The position numbers were made by a program, and so were the translations under genes. The notes under the pieces are model-generated. The model saw only the letters and a program-made list of their open reading frames with translations. It searched no databases and had not been told where the DNA came from. A stretch of 64,000 bases of DNA, from contig NC_043003.1 of NCBI RefSeq assembly GCF_006345805.1, positions 116,994,001-117,058,000 of the forward strand, read 5' to 3'. This document shows, in pieces, positions 27,333 to 41,040 of this stretch (position 1 is its first letter; each line of letters opens with the position of its first letter). Origin of the DNA: Octopus sinensis (lineage: Eukaryota).

Positions 27333-27487
27333 CAGCAGCAGTAGTAATAGAAGTAGTAATAGTAGTAGCAGCTGCAGCAGTAGTAGTGATAGTGGTGGTG
27401 GTGGTGGTGGTAGTAGTATTAGTAGTAGTAGTAGTAGTAGTAGTAGCAGTTGCAGCAGCAGCAGTAGTAGTATTAGTAGAAGTAGCG

Positions 27488-27521
<34 letters not shown>

Positions 27522-27528
27522 TAGTAGT

Positions 27529-27560
<32 letters not shown>

Positions 27561-27565
27561 TAGTT

Positions 27566-27609
<44 letters not shown>

Positions 27610-27686
27610 CGTAGTCCCGCTGTTGCTGGACCTGTAGGAGCTAATTTAATAGTTGTAAGTGATGAAGGAAAAAATGGTTTTGATAG

Positions 27687-27717
<31 letters not shown>

Positions 27718-27835
27718 CAACCATTACAGAATAAATGTTTAGTGTTTTGTTTTATTAATATTGCAAAATTGGGAGAGAGAAAAAAGAAACAGACGTGAGG
27801 CGGAGGAGGTGTGGTGATAATGGTGATGATGATGG

Positions 27836-27879
<44 letters not shown>

Positions 27880-28020
27880 ATTATTATTATTATGATGAGG
27901 ATGATGATGATGATGATGATTATGATGATGATGATGATGATGATTATTATTATTATGATGAGGATGATTATTATTATTATGATGAGGATGATGATGATGA
28001 TGATGATTATGATCGTGATG
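27248..28020. repeat. (AGT/AGC)n and (GAT/TAT)n microsatellite blocks
   Basis: Direct reading. Confidence 0.95.
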
Positions 28021-28156
28021 TTTAACACTGAGGCAACAGGATCATGAATGAATCACTAGTGCTATAAAGATGGGGAGGAGGTGAAGGCGGAGGAGGAGGA
28101 GGAGGAGGAAGGGGAGGTAAAGGAGAAGGAGGATGAGGCCCACGCAAATGAGAACC

Positions 28157-28188
<32 letters not shown>

Positions 28189-28446
28189 GTTGGTGGTAAC
28201 CAACTTGTCTTCTTAGTATTGTGGTTCACCGCCACGTGTTACTGCAGTTCATCAATTAATACCAGTGCTATCAAACGTCTTCTTTGTTTTCACTGCTCTT
28301 ATTCGCAACACATTTTCTATCTAGAATAATAGGAATCTGCTAAGATCATTTTTTTCTATTGTTCGTTTGTTTATTTTTGTGTTTTTTATTACTCCCTTTC
28401 CCCTTTTCCACAGCTTCTCTCTCTCCCCAGCCCCTCTCACTTTCTC

Positions 28447-28484
<38 letters not shown>

Positions 28485-28963
28485 AGCCTCTCTCTGTCTG
28501 TGTGTCTGTCTGTCTGTCTCTTTCTTTCTGTTTTTACTGCTTATCTCCATTTTTGCCATAAAAATATTATTACATATTAAAAATATTTTCTCCAATGGAA
28601 TATTTGTAACCATTTCTCTCTCTGTTTTTCTCTCTCACTCTCTATCACTCTCTCTCTCTCTCTCTGGTTATCTCTCCTTTCTTCTCTCTCCTTCTCTCTC
28701 CCTCCCCATCGCTCTCGCTTACATTCTCTTGTCTATAAAACTATTCCCGTTTGCACATAATTTTGGACACACACATAGTCTCATACGCACGTGCACAGAA
28801 CCATCTCTATATGTTCGCAATTGTAACGCGAAAATATTTCTTACATGCAAATCAATTACCGCAGGACACATTTAAATATTAAAAACTCAGCTTTACATTA
28901 ATAACGTATAAATACAGGTAAAACAAAGAAACAATTTTAAATAAAATCATTTTATTCTACATA

Positions 28964-29362
28964 TCTTTATATATAAAAGTGAGGTTGTGTGCTGTCTGTA
29001 TCCTACGATTTAGATTCCTAACTACTCCCACATTTTGCGGTGCAGATTAACCAAAACCGGGTATCTTATAGTCGTGATTCATATTGAGCCCTTCTGGGTA
29101 TTAGTGCGCGTCTACGATGAGTCTACGATTAAAAAAAAAAATTACCATCATTAATTTCCATTTTAATGCATTTTTTCGCTATTATATAAGGGAAGTAACT
29201 CTCTAAAAATGTCTACGATGAGTCAACGATTTTTTAAAAAAATTACTATCATTTTCTTTCCATTTTTAATGCTTTTTTTTGCTATTTTTTGGCTATAACT
29301 CTAAAAATGCTTATATAGTTATTTCCCTTACAAACCCGAGCAACGCCGGGCGATACTGCTAG
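28964..29362 (+). mobile_element. Non-autonomous Helitron
   Basis: A|TC start, subterminal hairpin cccgagcaacgccggg (29335-29350), CTAG|T end, internal tandem duplication of about 75 bp. Confidence 0.8.
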
Positions 29363-30204
29363 TATTTCATAAAATCTCCTCTATCTTCTCCGATTCGGCT
29401 CATGATCGTGAGACTGGGAGTTCGATATCCGGCAGTGTATCGTGCACTTGAGCAAGACACTTTATTTCACATTTCTTCAGTACCTGTAATTTCAAAGGGC
29501 CGATCATGTCACACTTTGTGTCACTCCGAAACTCACTGAGAACTATGTTAAGAGTACGCGCGTTTGCGGAGCGCTCAGGGAGTTCTACGGTAGTTTTACA
29601 AACAGGAGCAGACTGTACCGCTGATGAGATCAACTGGAACAATCATCGCTGTAACCGACGGAGAACCAGGTTTTACCGTAAAAAAAACCATGTAATTTAC
29701 ACACTTTTTTTTGCGTAAAAATAAAAATAAAGTTTAGTTGGCCCGTAAATTACAAGAGTAGATCGTTTCCAGAATTTTTTTAGAATTTTTTTTGGTGTTG
29801 TTGAAAAAACAACATTCGTACCGGAAGTTGACTCATTTAATGGGCTTAGATATAATGAAGTTGACTTTTACTTATGCTTGACGGTATAGTGATGACTTTT
29901 TCTCTATAAATTTACTACAACCATTAAATGGTTAACTATTTCTTGAAGCCTGACGTGCATGCTGATAATCACAGTCCGGGCTATGTACTACATATTTTAC
30001 TCGGTTGAGTAAAGTGTCGTCGAAGCTGATGCTTAGTGGTAATTAAACTTAATTTGCAACAACTGCGCCTATTTATCACCTTTGTTTTTATTGATAATTC
30101 TCAACAATTTTCCCTATGATTGTAGTTTGAGCAGACATACAGCAGTATGCTAAAGATCGGTCATAATCTCTTGTGAGCAAGAAAGGCAAAATACTGTATT
30201 TTCC

Positions 30205-30342
30205 ATTATTTACATTTGACGGATATTTGTCCTCATCTTTTTTGTTGTTAACAAAACTTTTCGGTTGATATATGCTCCAGCCTTCATCAGGTGTCTTGGG
30301 GAAAATTCGAGTCTGGGTTCTCATTCCTAATGTATTTTTCTA

Positions 30343-30432
<90 letters not shown>

Positions 30433-30449
30433 CATCATCATTATTATTA

Positions 30450-30491
<42 letters not shown>

Positions 30492-30545
30492 CATCATCAT
30501 CATCATTATTATTATTATTATTATTATTTATTATTATCATTATTA

Positions 30546-30593
<48 letters not shown>

Positions 30594-30760
30594 TATTATT
30601 ATTACTATTATTATTATTATTATTACTTAGGTCACTGCATGGAATCGAACTCGGAATCGTGGGGGTAGTAGCCCGCACTCTTAACCACAAATATCAGTCA
30701 AATGTAAATAACGTAAATAATGTACATAATTCTTCATCTGTTAAATATAGAACTGTAGAA
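30205..30760 (-). mobile_element. Chimeric SINE: tRNA-like head, (AAT)n and HHR-bearing tail, with inverted 3' segment
   Basis: Head 30631-30688 (B-box gagttcgattcc); (AAT)n 30345-30629; HHR-like 30250-30295 gacac-CTGATGA-a-ggctg..caacc-GAAA. The tail is repeated on + at 30688-30760. Confidence 0.72.
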
Positions 30761-31209
30761 ACTTGGGTACGTTTTTGAATTCAGGCTCGTAGTCTGATAT
30801 TTCGCAGAGAGTTAAAATTGACTGTTGTCTTCATCAGCGGAGGCGGATCTGTAATCGAATGAAGATTTTACAATGTTAGCTCTGACCTACATACTAACAC
30901 TAAAAGGAAATGGTGGGAATAAGGACTAAACATTTATAAACGATAGAACTCAACAAAAGCAACAGATAAATTGAAATTGATTGAAGGGAAGTAAACAACT
31001 GCTTATTATTTGTGAATATTTCGCCGCTTTATCGATAATGAATATCTAACATTTAGGGGCAACGAAAGCAGGCAACTTTATAGATGTGAAATTTATCAAG
31101 TTCAGAAATATATTGTAGTTTGCTATTGCTATATATCAGTGTGTGTTTGTGTTTGTGTGTGTGTGAGCGGGTGTGTGAATATGTATGTATGAATGTATCT
31201 ATATATCTA

Positions 31210-31284
<75 letters not shown>

Positions 31285-32784
31285 ATATTATATATATATA
31301 TAATGATAAATCTCAGAGCGAGCTATATATATATATATGTATGTATGTATATATAGTGAGAATTTACAAAAAAATTATAACGACGGGTGTGTAACGAATA
31401 AAGAGATGTATTAGTTTAACGCTCAGGAGTAGAGAAAGTCTTTTACGTTTCGAGCCTACGCTCTTCGACAGAAAGGAACCCCAACATGAACAGGGAGAGA
31501 AAATAGAAAAAGGATCTATCATGGCGAAGATATATATATATATATATATACTAATTTGTATGACAAACGAATGGAACGATAGAAATATAGATTTGAGAGA
31601 ATGTGAGAAAAAGAAAGTGAAAGAGAAAGGAAGACAAGGAAATAGAGAAAGAAACAACTAAGGGAGAAATAATAATTAGTATAGAATATTCCTATTATCA
31701 GTAAGATAATAAATATCTAGTATATGAGTGAAGCTGTTCCCTTAAATTCGCTCCAGTAAATCACACATTGGTTAAAATATCTGAATAGAGTAATATCGAG
31801 GTGACATCTTTGAAACCTCTCTTACAAAATCTACAACAACAGCTACTGCAATCGCTGAAACAACCACATTCTGTAAAGTGGTGGGAAGGGGACAAAGTGG
31901 CATTCAAAGTCCCTGATACTTATTCCGAATCACTTTCCCTTAACTATCATTATTGAAACTTTCCAAGCGTTTTACACAGACATTGTATAATAACTGGTAA
32001 ATCATTGCTAAATAGCAGCACAAACATCCTCCAATGACATCATATTGTCTTTCTTTCGCCTCCTTTAAATCCACCCTTTTGGCAATTCCACCCACAGCTT
32101 TTGTGTATTACATCAACCTTTACATCACACGGTCAACTTTGCACCGAATCCTTTGAGTGAAATCGGAAAAATAACTTTTAATGCAGGATAGCAATATTGT
32201 TTGCTCGAAACTTCCGGAAAACGAAAATATATAATTACTACATGTCATAGTTTTCCTGAAAATGAAGCACAATTAAATGGAAGGCTGAAATCTCCCAAAA
32301 ATTAAGAATAACTCTTAACGAACCCATTTTCTAAAACTAGGACAGATTCCAAAAACTGCTTCCTTTATACAGTACAATAAAATATTAAAGGGAGAGTTTA
32401 CGAAAAAAAAAAGAGGAAGAGATGTGATGTACAAAACAAACAGATGTATTAGTATAACGCTCAGGAATAGAAAAAGTCTTTTACGTTTCGAGCGTACGCT
32501 CTTCTACAGAAAGGGACACAGAGAAAAAACAGAGAGAGAAACAAGAAGAGAAAAAAATGTGTGTAGTGGCTAAACCACTTTAACGATTGTTGGGATAAAT
32601 AATTGAGTTGTACGGTGCTTTTTCTTCATATACTATTATACATATTTTCTTTACTGACCTGCCTGATTATCGTGGCTCTCCGTCGGTAACGTCGACGAGT
32701 TTTCTAGTTGATCCGATCAACGGAACAGCCTACTCGTGAAATTAACATGCTGAGCACTCCACAGACAAGTGTACTTATAACAAA

Positions 32785-32834
32785 GGAAATTTCGAACCTG
32801 GGTTCACATTTCTTAAGTATTTTTCAATGTTGTT

Positions 32835-32929
<95 letters not shown>

Positions 32930-33255
32930 TACTACTACTATTATTATTATTATATTATTATTATTATTATTATTATTATAACTATTATTATCATTATTAT
33001 TATTATTATTATTATTAATATTACTATTCAGCTGGCTGCTTGAAATCGAACTCGGAATCTTGGGGTGAGTAGCCCGCGCTCTTAGCCACTACACTATATG
33101 CCATTGTTCGAAATTTCCCCAAGACACCTGATGGTGGCTGGAAGGTATATCAGCCGAAACATTGGGTTACCAACAAAGAAGATGAGGACAAATATCCGCC
33201 AAATGTAAATACTGTAAATATTGTACATGATTCCTTATCTCTTAAATATAGAAGT
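32785..33255. mobile_element. Second copy of the tRNA-(AAT)n-HHR SINE with internal inversion
   Basis: Head on minus at 33043-33102 (A-box tagtgtagtgg, B-box gagttcgatttc). The body runs down to 32785 and the 3' part continues on + from 33104, with a decayed HHR at 33123-33168. Confidence 0.72.
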
Positions 33256-34389
33256 GTATTTCAACATTTTTTTCTTTTCCTTTATATTATTTTTATTAGT
33301 TGTAGTAGTTAAAGAGACTAGCTGGGAGAATCGTTAAGGACGCCGAAATGTCCTAGCAGTATTTCGTCTGTCTTAACGTTATAGATTCGCATGTCATCAA
33401 GATCAACTTTGCTTGTCATCTTTTGGGGATCGATAAAATAAGTACCAATTGCGCACTGACGCCAATATTATCGATTCAGAATTGCATAATGACGCCCAGT
33501 CCTTGATACACTGGGGTCGGCAGAATTGGTTTGTTTTTACAGATTTTATTTGCTTACAAATTTAACCACATTTCACTTTCAGAATTTCCATAATCCACTC
33601 CTAGGCTACAAGCTAAAATATTTCAAAAGTAAAAGGCAAGAAAGTGCCAGAACAAAACCAGTTTATGGAACAGAATGAACAAGCAGACAGCAATGAACAT
33701 TATGATGAAACATGATTGATGAAAAACATATTTCGAAGAGCCTAAAAAATATTATTTAATCTTGTGATAATTGCAGCCACACAGAGAGAAAAAACATTAA
33801 AACACGTTAATATAGTTGCTGTGTTGAAGTTCTGCTTTGACACCAGCATAATTTTTAGATTTATAACAATTTCCAGAAAAAAGAAATTGGGTAGAATTTT
33901 GTCAAACTGCAAAAGATACTAAAGAAGAAAAACTGCAACTCTGCTTTTAAAATGGTGATGTTATTGAACTGCCATCAACGCAGCAATTAGAAGAAGCACT
34001 ACAAAAAATATCGAGAAAAATTCTCTCAGCAGAAAGGAGAAATTATGTGAATTTTTGCTTCAATATTAAAAAGCGAAGAATCAGCGAAACACAGGCTGAA
34101 ACTGTGTATTATGTGTCTAATTACTGTTTTGCATCTCAGTACATGGGGCAAACAATTATAAAAGTTAGAAGCATTGGAAGCGATGTGAATCCGTGGCTAG
34201 TTATGTTTGTGTTTTCAATTAGAAAGGCAGTCAAAGCAGAACCGATATGAGACGATATTTAGGGGGCGTCGAAATGGATTTGTAATTTCTAATGCCTCCC
34301 GGAAGCCACGAGATCAAGCAGGACTTGTGCCCAGGTTAGAGGAAATCGCTCGTAAACTTTGGTTGCTGTCTACATCCGTATTAGTCAAC

Positions 34390-35410
34390 GTACTTCATTC
34401 TTTTGTGTGTGAGTGCGTTCTCCCTCAACATTTGTGTTTGGGTGACGCATACGGTCCATTGTGAGGAGCTTGCGTATTTTTCTATGAATTTTACTCAATT
34501 CACTGGCGGATATTTTTATGATATTAAGGCTATAGGTCTCAACCGATAAAGCTGAGGAACCTATTGCTTGAATCCTGTTTTTCGTATTAAATTCATTCTC
34601 TAGGATAACTAAATTTATAGCAACACCCATGCCTTTTTTGTCGCGCATTTGTGAATGCTTGATGCGATCTAATTCTTTGATGATGATTATAATTATTTAT
34701 ATGTATGTTGTTTATTTTAAGGAATTTCGATCGAAGAATATGGCTTTAGAACATTTATCAATGCCAAAATATATTCCAATATCATCACTGAAGTGTTTTA
34801 CCATAGTTAAAAGAAGATCCAGTTTATGATCATATTTCGTGAAAAGTTCTAATTATTTATGAAAAAGAGGTCGTTGACTTTGACTATCAAATTCAGTGTA
34901 TTCATATTTTGTGTCATTTAAAACTTACATGGGAGAATGACAGCCAGGCAAAATAGTAGTGGTGATAGAGAATCATATTGGAAAATGCCGCAGTTTGTGT
35001 CGTTGTCATCAGCGTCCATTGCGTCTGTCTACAAATTCAAGCATAAAAAGATGTTTTCAACTGCTTCATATTATTCTACAAAAAGTTACCAATAAGTGGA
35101 GACACTTCATATATTTTCTAGCATTTCTCAATCCAAGGAAACGCTGTCAAATCCTTTTTATTTTATGTAATCAAACCATGTAATAGAAAGATTTTTGCAT
35201 AATTTGTGGCAGTTCCTAAGAACCATTTTATTGCTTGAATGTTGTTGGTCTTTATAACCATTCGATTCACATTTGCAACCTTTATGTTCGTTGGAGAATA
35301 TCTTGTTAGCCATCAGGAAGTTATATCTATATTCAATAATGATGGATGTTAGTATTTTATACATGATTCTAAAACATGTAATTTTGTTCGGTAGTTTTGT
35401 CATTGTCGAG
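34390..35410 (-). mobile_element. Decayed R4/Dong-like LINE RT fragment
   Basis: YKILTSII...HKGCK...KDQ...NKMVL...KNLSITWFDY and KNRIQAIGS...KIHRKIRKLLTM..MRHP. Confidence 0.7.
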
Positions 35411-37380
35411 GAGTAAGGAAGTTGCTCTATTTACCAGAGAGAGAGAAAGAGAGAGATAGAGAGATTTTCCCGTGGTTATGAATAATGATCTTGTAGAGAT
35501 GGGTCACCACGAGATTCAGGAAACGCATTCAACCAGAAGCGAAGGATTTTATCTTTCTCAGGTGATTTCCATTTCCTGGATTTTCTCAATTTCTGCCCGA
35601 AACACCTCACTAATACCCGTACTCACATAGCAACGGCATTTAACTGGATAATAAGCAAACCAGAAGCAACATCAAACTCGATGCTAGGATGAAAAACCAA
35701 TTTGATGCCAAAAAACAGTAACACCACATACCCAGAAAATTATAGGCCAATAACATGCCTATCAGCAACTTATAAAACTGACACATCTGTTATCTATAAC
35801 CGGTTTGTAAAGCACCGCAAAAACAACAATCAGAAGAACAAAAGGGATACCGCAAAGTATTGTGTGATTGCAAAGAGTAGCTTCAGATAAACCGATTCAT
35901 TATAGTAAACTACAAAAAGAGAAAAGAAAGTTCAACATGATTTGATTAGCAAAAAGCATTTGATAGTGTTCCACACACACACGGATTCTAGAGTCTCTCC
36001 ACCCAAATAACGTAGCTCGAAACTCTACTAAGTTATATCAGCCATGCAATTGCAAACAGGAAAACCAGCATAACACTGAAAAAGGAGTCACAAATCATTA
36101 AAACCTGCCCTATAACCGTAAGGAGAAGGATTTCCCAAGGAGACTCGTTGACACTCCTACTTTTCTGCCTTGTTCTGACTCCACTAATAAACTTGTTAAA
36201 TGAACCACCATGGATTACAGATGCTATAGACGAACAATAAATTAGCTCCTATACATGGATGACTTCAAGCTTTCACAAACAGTTTCACGGAACAGAAAAA
36301 CCTTCTGTAAATTGTCCATAGTTTCAGCAAAGGCATCCGGATGAGCCTGGCATTAGTCCAGTTTGCTAAAGTGGCAGAGATAGGAGGCAAATTAATGAGC
36401 ACTGAAAACACTGCATTTGACATAGACACAGAAATCAGAGAATTAAACCAATACAAATATCTAGGGATAGACGAAACAGTTAAAATACAACACAGAGAAT
36501 TGAAAGAGAAAATTAGGAGAGAATATTAAAGAAGTGTTAGGCTAAGTTCAATACTGAAGTCATTGCTAAAATAAGATAATAGGGATAAACACATTAGGAT
36601 AAACACCAGTCATAAATTACAGCTTCAACATAAAAAGCTAGAAAAATTGTGAAATGAGAAACTAAGATAGAAAATCCAGGAATCTATTAACTGTATACCG
36701 ACGTCATCGCCCCAAAGTAGACACAGACAGTATATATCTACTTCGCTCAGAAGGAGGTCGCGGTCGTAGAGAAATACTATGAAATAACAATAATTAGACT
36801 AGAAAAATATTTAGAAACAAAAAGCAGAAGACCGTTACATGTAATAAAGCAACACGCCCTTCTCAATACACAAGGAGACAATAAAATTCGAAGCAGAAGC
36901 AAACTAAACACTCGTATCAGAAAACGGAATAAAGGGTCAAAGACACAAAGAACATGAAAACAGAATTACAAAACATAATAAAGAAGAAATGTTGAGAAAA
37001 ACCACTCCACGGCTGACGTTGAAAAACAAAAGCGATCCTAAGAAAAAGCTTAAAATGATCGAAAAGCTCTGGAGTACAGGCAGAAACCGAAGGGTTATTC
37101 CCGATGCACAAGACCAATGCCTGACCACAAACAAGTATAAATGTAAAATAATGAAAATAGGCACTAACGCCAAATGCAGAATGTACAACCAGCATAATGG
37201 GACAGCTGACCACATCATCTTTGGTTGTACAGTCTTAGCTAAATCTAAATACATAATTTACAAGATAAGGGCAGAAGAAAAAATCTAATGCCAGATACGC
37301 CGAAACAAAAAAATTGTCGATAACCATTAAATTTATGCATCTCGAAACAAACCGATAGAAATCTCTAAAAAATTCGTTAT

Positions 37381-37439
37381 TACCGTATTGGTCCAATTTC
37401 GGGGTTAATTCACAAGAAATTTTCCCCTCTTCAGCGGCA
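37381..37439 (-). ncRNA. Type I hammerhead ribozyme (AUA)
   Basis: Minus strand: tgccg-CTGAAGA-gggg...cccc-GAAA-TTGGACCAAT-A-cggta. Confidence 0.8.
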
Positions 37440-37475
37440 CATACGCGAAATATAAATGAAATAAATGAAATTATG

Positions 37476-37534
37476 TGCCGCTGAAGAGGGGAAAATTTCT
37501 TGTGAATTAACGCCGAAATTGGACCAATACAGTA
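37476..37534 (+). ncRNA. Hammerhead copy in the right arm, with one mismatch each in stems I and II
   Basis: tgccg-CTGAAGA-gggg...cgcc-GAAA-ttggaccaat-a-cagta. Confidence 0.65.
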
Positions 37535-38335
37535 ATAACGAATTTTTTAGAGATTTCTATCGGTTTGTTTCGAGATGCATAAATTTAATGGTTATCGACA
37601 ATTTTTTTTGTTTCGGCGTATCTGGCATTAGAATTTTTCTTCTGCCCTTATCTTGTAAATTATGTATAAACTTTACCTTTAAAGGCATTTTTTGATATGC
37701 TGGCCATTGATAAAAATTTTTTCCCGAAAAAAATGTTATCCTATATCAATTATAAATCTAAATACGTGTACAGCGATACCGTATAAATAATTACATCCTC
37801 TGGGCAATATGCTAACACTACAACACAGGAATTTTAAAGAAATGGTATAAAGATGTACCAAACAAGGTACAAGACAGCAACCAAGCCACAATCACCTGGG
37901 ATATGCCTATCAAAACTAACAGACAAATAAATTCTAATGGCCCAGGCATAATAAGGAAAGATTCGGACAACCCACATCTGCCTGCTGATAGAGAAATATT
38001 TCAGTCTGTTATGAATAAAATATTAGCTTATAAAGAAGTGAAGAAATTGTCAAAGTACGAAGATTTTGAAATCGAAATATTCAAGTTGTCGGACCTGAAA
38101 GTGAAAACAATACTAGTAATAATTGGAATGTGGGGTATGATTAAAAAAAGATTTATGAATAGGCGCAGGAGTGGCTGTGTGGTAAGTAGCTTGTTTACCA
38201 ACCACATGGTTCCGGGGTCAGTCCCACTGCGTGGCACCTTGGGCGAGTGTCATCCGAATCCATCCAGCAATTCTTGGGATATTTTGTCCACGGACAAACA
38301 AACAATCATGATTGTTTAATAATAATAGGAAGAAG

Positions 38336-38388
<53 letters not shown>

Positions 38389-38394
38389 CAAAGA

Positions 38395-39600
38395 GGACAT
38401 GACGAAGAATTACGCAAGAAGGGGCTACACAATCAATTGCATTTAGCTACAACAGAAGTTGCTGGAAAATGGGTGGGATTGGCTGATGATAGGAACCCTA
38501 AAAAAAAGAGACCGAGAGCACTATACTAGCAGCGCAGGACCAAGCTTCTGCCGCGAAATGAAGGGTCAACTTTTGGAATGAGCAAATGCCTCAGCAGTAC
38601 CTCCCATATCACTCACTGCCCATTGCCCATATCACGGACGAATGCCCTAGACTTGCCCAAAAACACTACAAGTTGTGGCGGCACGACCAGGTATCGAAAG
38701 TGTTGCATTGGAAACTGTGCGGAAAGTTGGGGCTACAGAGAGGCAAGACGTGGTATGAGCACAAACCAGGGAGTAGCAGAGTCGAAGACTTTCACAATCC
38801 TCTAGGATTCCAATCCAAACAAATCAGGTGCTAGAGCATAACAGAAAGGGCTTGTAGTGCTGTGTGGTAAGTAGCTTGCTAACCAACCACATGGTTCCGG
38901 GTTCAGTCCCACTGCGTAGAATCTTGGGCAAGTGTCTTCTGCTATAGCCTCGGGCCTTGTGAGTGGATTTGGTAGAGGGAAACTGAAAGAAGCCTGTCGT
39001 ATATATGTGTATATATATATGTATGTGTGCGTGTATGTTTGTGTGTCTGTGTTTGTCCCTTTAGCATTGCTTGACAACAACCGATGCTGGTGTGTTTACG
39101 TCCCCGTCATCTAGCGGTTCGGCAAAAGAGACCGATAGAATAAGTCCTGGGCTTACAAAGAATAGGTTCCGGGGTCGATTTGCTAGACTAAAGGCGGTGC
39201 TCCAGCATGGCCGCAGTCAAATGACTGAAACAAGTAAAAGAGAGAGAGTAAGGTGCACCACATACGCTATAAAGTTGACGTTGTTTGCTGCTTTTCGACA
39301 CGAATAGTCAAGAAGGAATGCGAAAAGATAGATACAACCCTCTTAACTATGAAATTGTCTAGCTATAAAAAATGAAGGAGGTAAAGATAGTGCCAATTAT
39401 TGTTCGGTCCTTGGGAACAGTATTAGAAGGCATCAAGAGGAATATAAAGGAAATTGGAATAGAGTTCCCAGTAGAACTCTTACAAGAGGTTTGCCTCCTT
39501 GGCCAGCATAATTAGGAACGTATTAGGTAGCTGAAAAGAACAAATAGCACGGTAAGCTGCATGTAGCAAGCCCGCTACGCATGCAAGACTCCATGAGCTC
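38395..39600 (+). mobile_element. R4/Dong-like LINE 3' fragment interrupted by a SINE (38850-39245)
   Basis: HITDECPRLAQKHYKLWRHDQVSKVLHWKLC...WYEHKP; resumes after 39300 with a KVKIVPIIV-like motif. Confidence 0.72.
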
Positions 39601-39644
39601 CAACAAAACCTGTTATAAAAAAGAAATCATAATAATATTAATAT

Positions 39645-40215
39645 TGAACATCATCCTGAGCCAGTCGTTGAAGGTAAAAATGTTACTATCCTCTGGGATT
39701 TTTCAGTCAACACCGACAGAACGATCCAAGCTATTCGACCACACACAATTTTTAAAGACGGGGAAGAAAATACTTCTGGAGTAATAGATATAACTGTTCC
39801 CACTGATGAAAATATGTCTGTAAAGGAATTTGACAAATTAAGTTAATAAAGGACACAGATTTTGAAATAGAAAAGATGTGGCATCTTAAAGCGAAAACTG
39901 TTCCTGTTATTGTGGGTGCCCTCGGTATTATAAGAAAGGGGTGTCAGAAATATTTAGATAATATCCCAGGAGAAGCATGTCTCAGAGAAATCCAAAAGGT
40001 TGTGCTGACAAGTACTGCTCACGTCCTTAGAAAAACCCAATCAATTTAAATATCTGTGATGTATTACATGAAGATATTTCGCAACTGAACCTACCATTTT
40101 CCCCTCCCCAAGCATTCAGTCGAACTGTAACATCTCTTACCCGTCACTCGCCCCAGGACACTGGGTGTGTCTCGGTAAGTCATTTTAACAAACATGCAAA
40201 TTAAAAGTTTTAAAA
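39645..40215 (+). mobile_element. R4/Dong-like LINE 3' fragment (RLE region and 3' UTR)
   Basis: ILWDFSVNTDRTIQA.RP, IDITVP, WHLKAKTVPVIVGALG. Confidence 0.72.
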
Positions 40216-40981
40216 AATTATTATAATAACGATGATGATGATGATGATGATGATAACGATGACGATGACGATGGCAATCATGATGATGATGATAATGATG
40301 ATGGTGAGGTGGGGGATGATGATGATGGTGGTGATGGTGATGATGATGATAATGTTGATGGTTTGGTGATGATGATGATGATGACGACGATGATGATGAT
40401 GATGATGATGATGATGATAATGATGGTTGTGGTAGTGGTGGTGGTGGTGAAGGTGACGATGTTGATGATGGTGGTGGTGGTATTTATTGTTGTTGTTACT
40501 TTCGTGGCAGTAGCAACAGTGGTACCTGATTCAGTGGAATCGTATGAGGAAGTTGATAATCGTGGTATTCCTGACATGGAAGATAATGAAGATGAAACAT
40601 TGCGGCGATAATACTCCTTACGTCACTTCACGCCTTTCCATACAGACTTAATTCCCACAACAGCCAGAAGTTTGGGGTTTTTTTTGTTTTCGAATCTCTT
40701 ATTTGATATTTTTTCTGTATTTTTCTTAGAAAGATTATTGGATCCCTTGCGATTTCTGTGTGTAATTTAATTCGACTAACATGGAACTAACATCCCCATA
40801 TCCGCACGAACGTAGACACACACATGGCCACACGTATACAAACGCAGAACACACATATATACCTATGTATGTACGTAATTATATGTGCATGTCTAGATAT
40901 ACACGTGTATATATATTTGTTTATATATATACATATATATACACACACACACACATATACGCACACACACACACACACAGA

Positions 40982-41040
<59 letters not shown>

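Larger units (their letters stand above)
37253..37755. mobile_element. Fold-back HHR element (about 190-bp arms, 37253-37442 / 37471-37662) nested in an R4-like LINE
   Basis: Near-perfect inverted arms with a loop of about 28 nt. The tail atgctggccattgata is shared with 2140-2190, and the gcccttat end is shared with 50225-50255. Confidence 0.78.
35690..38160 (+). mobile_element. Decayed R4/Dong-like LINE (RT, CCHC-like motif, RLE), interrupted at 37253-37755
   Basis: NYRPITCLS, SQGDSL, LYMDDFK, YKYLGI, EGGRG, AQDQCL..KCRM..TADHII.GC, TWDMPIK, KKLSKYED. Confidence 0.82.

Noticed and set aside
30800-30845. CTGATGA...GAAA on the minus strand
   Set aside because: Stem I has no complementary partner, so it is not an HHR.
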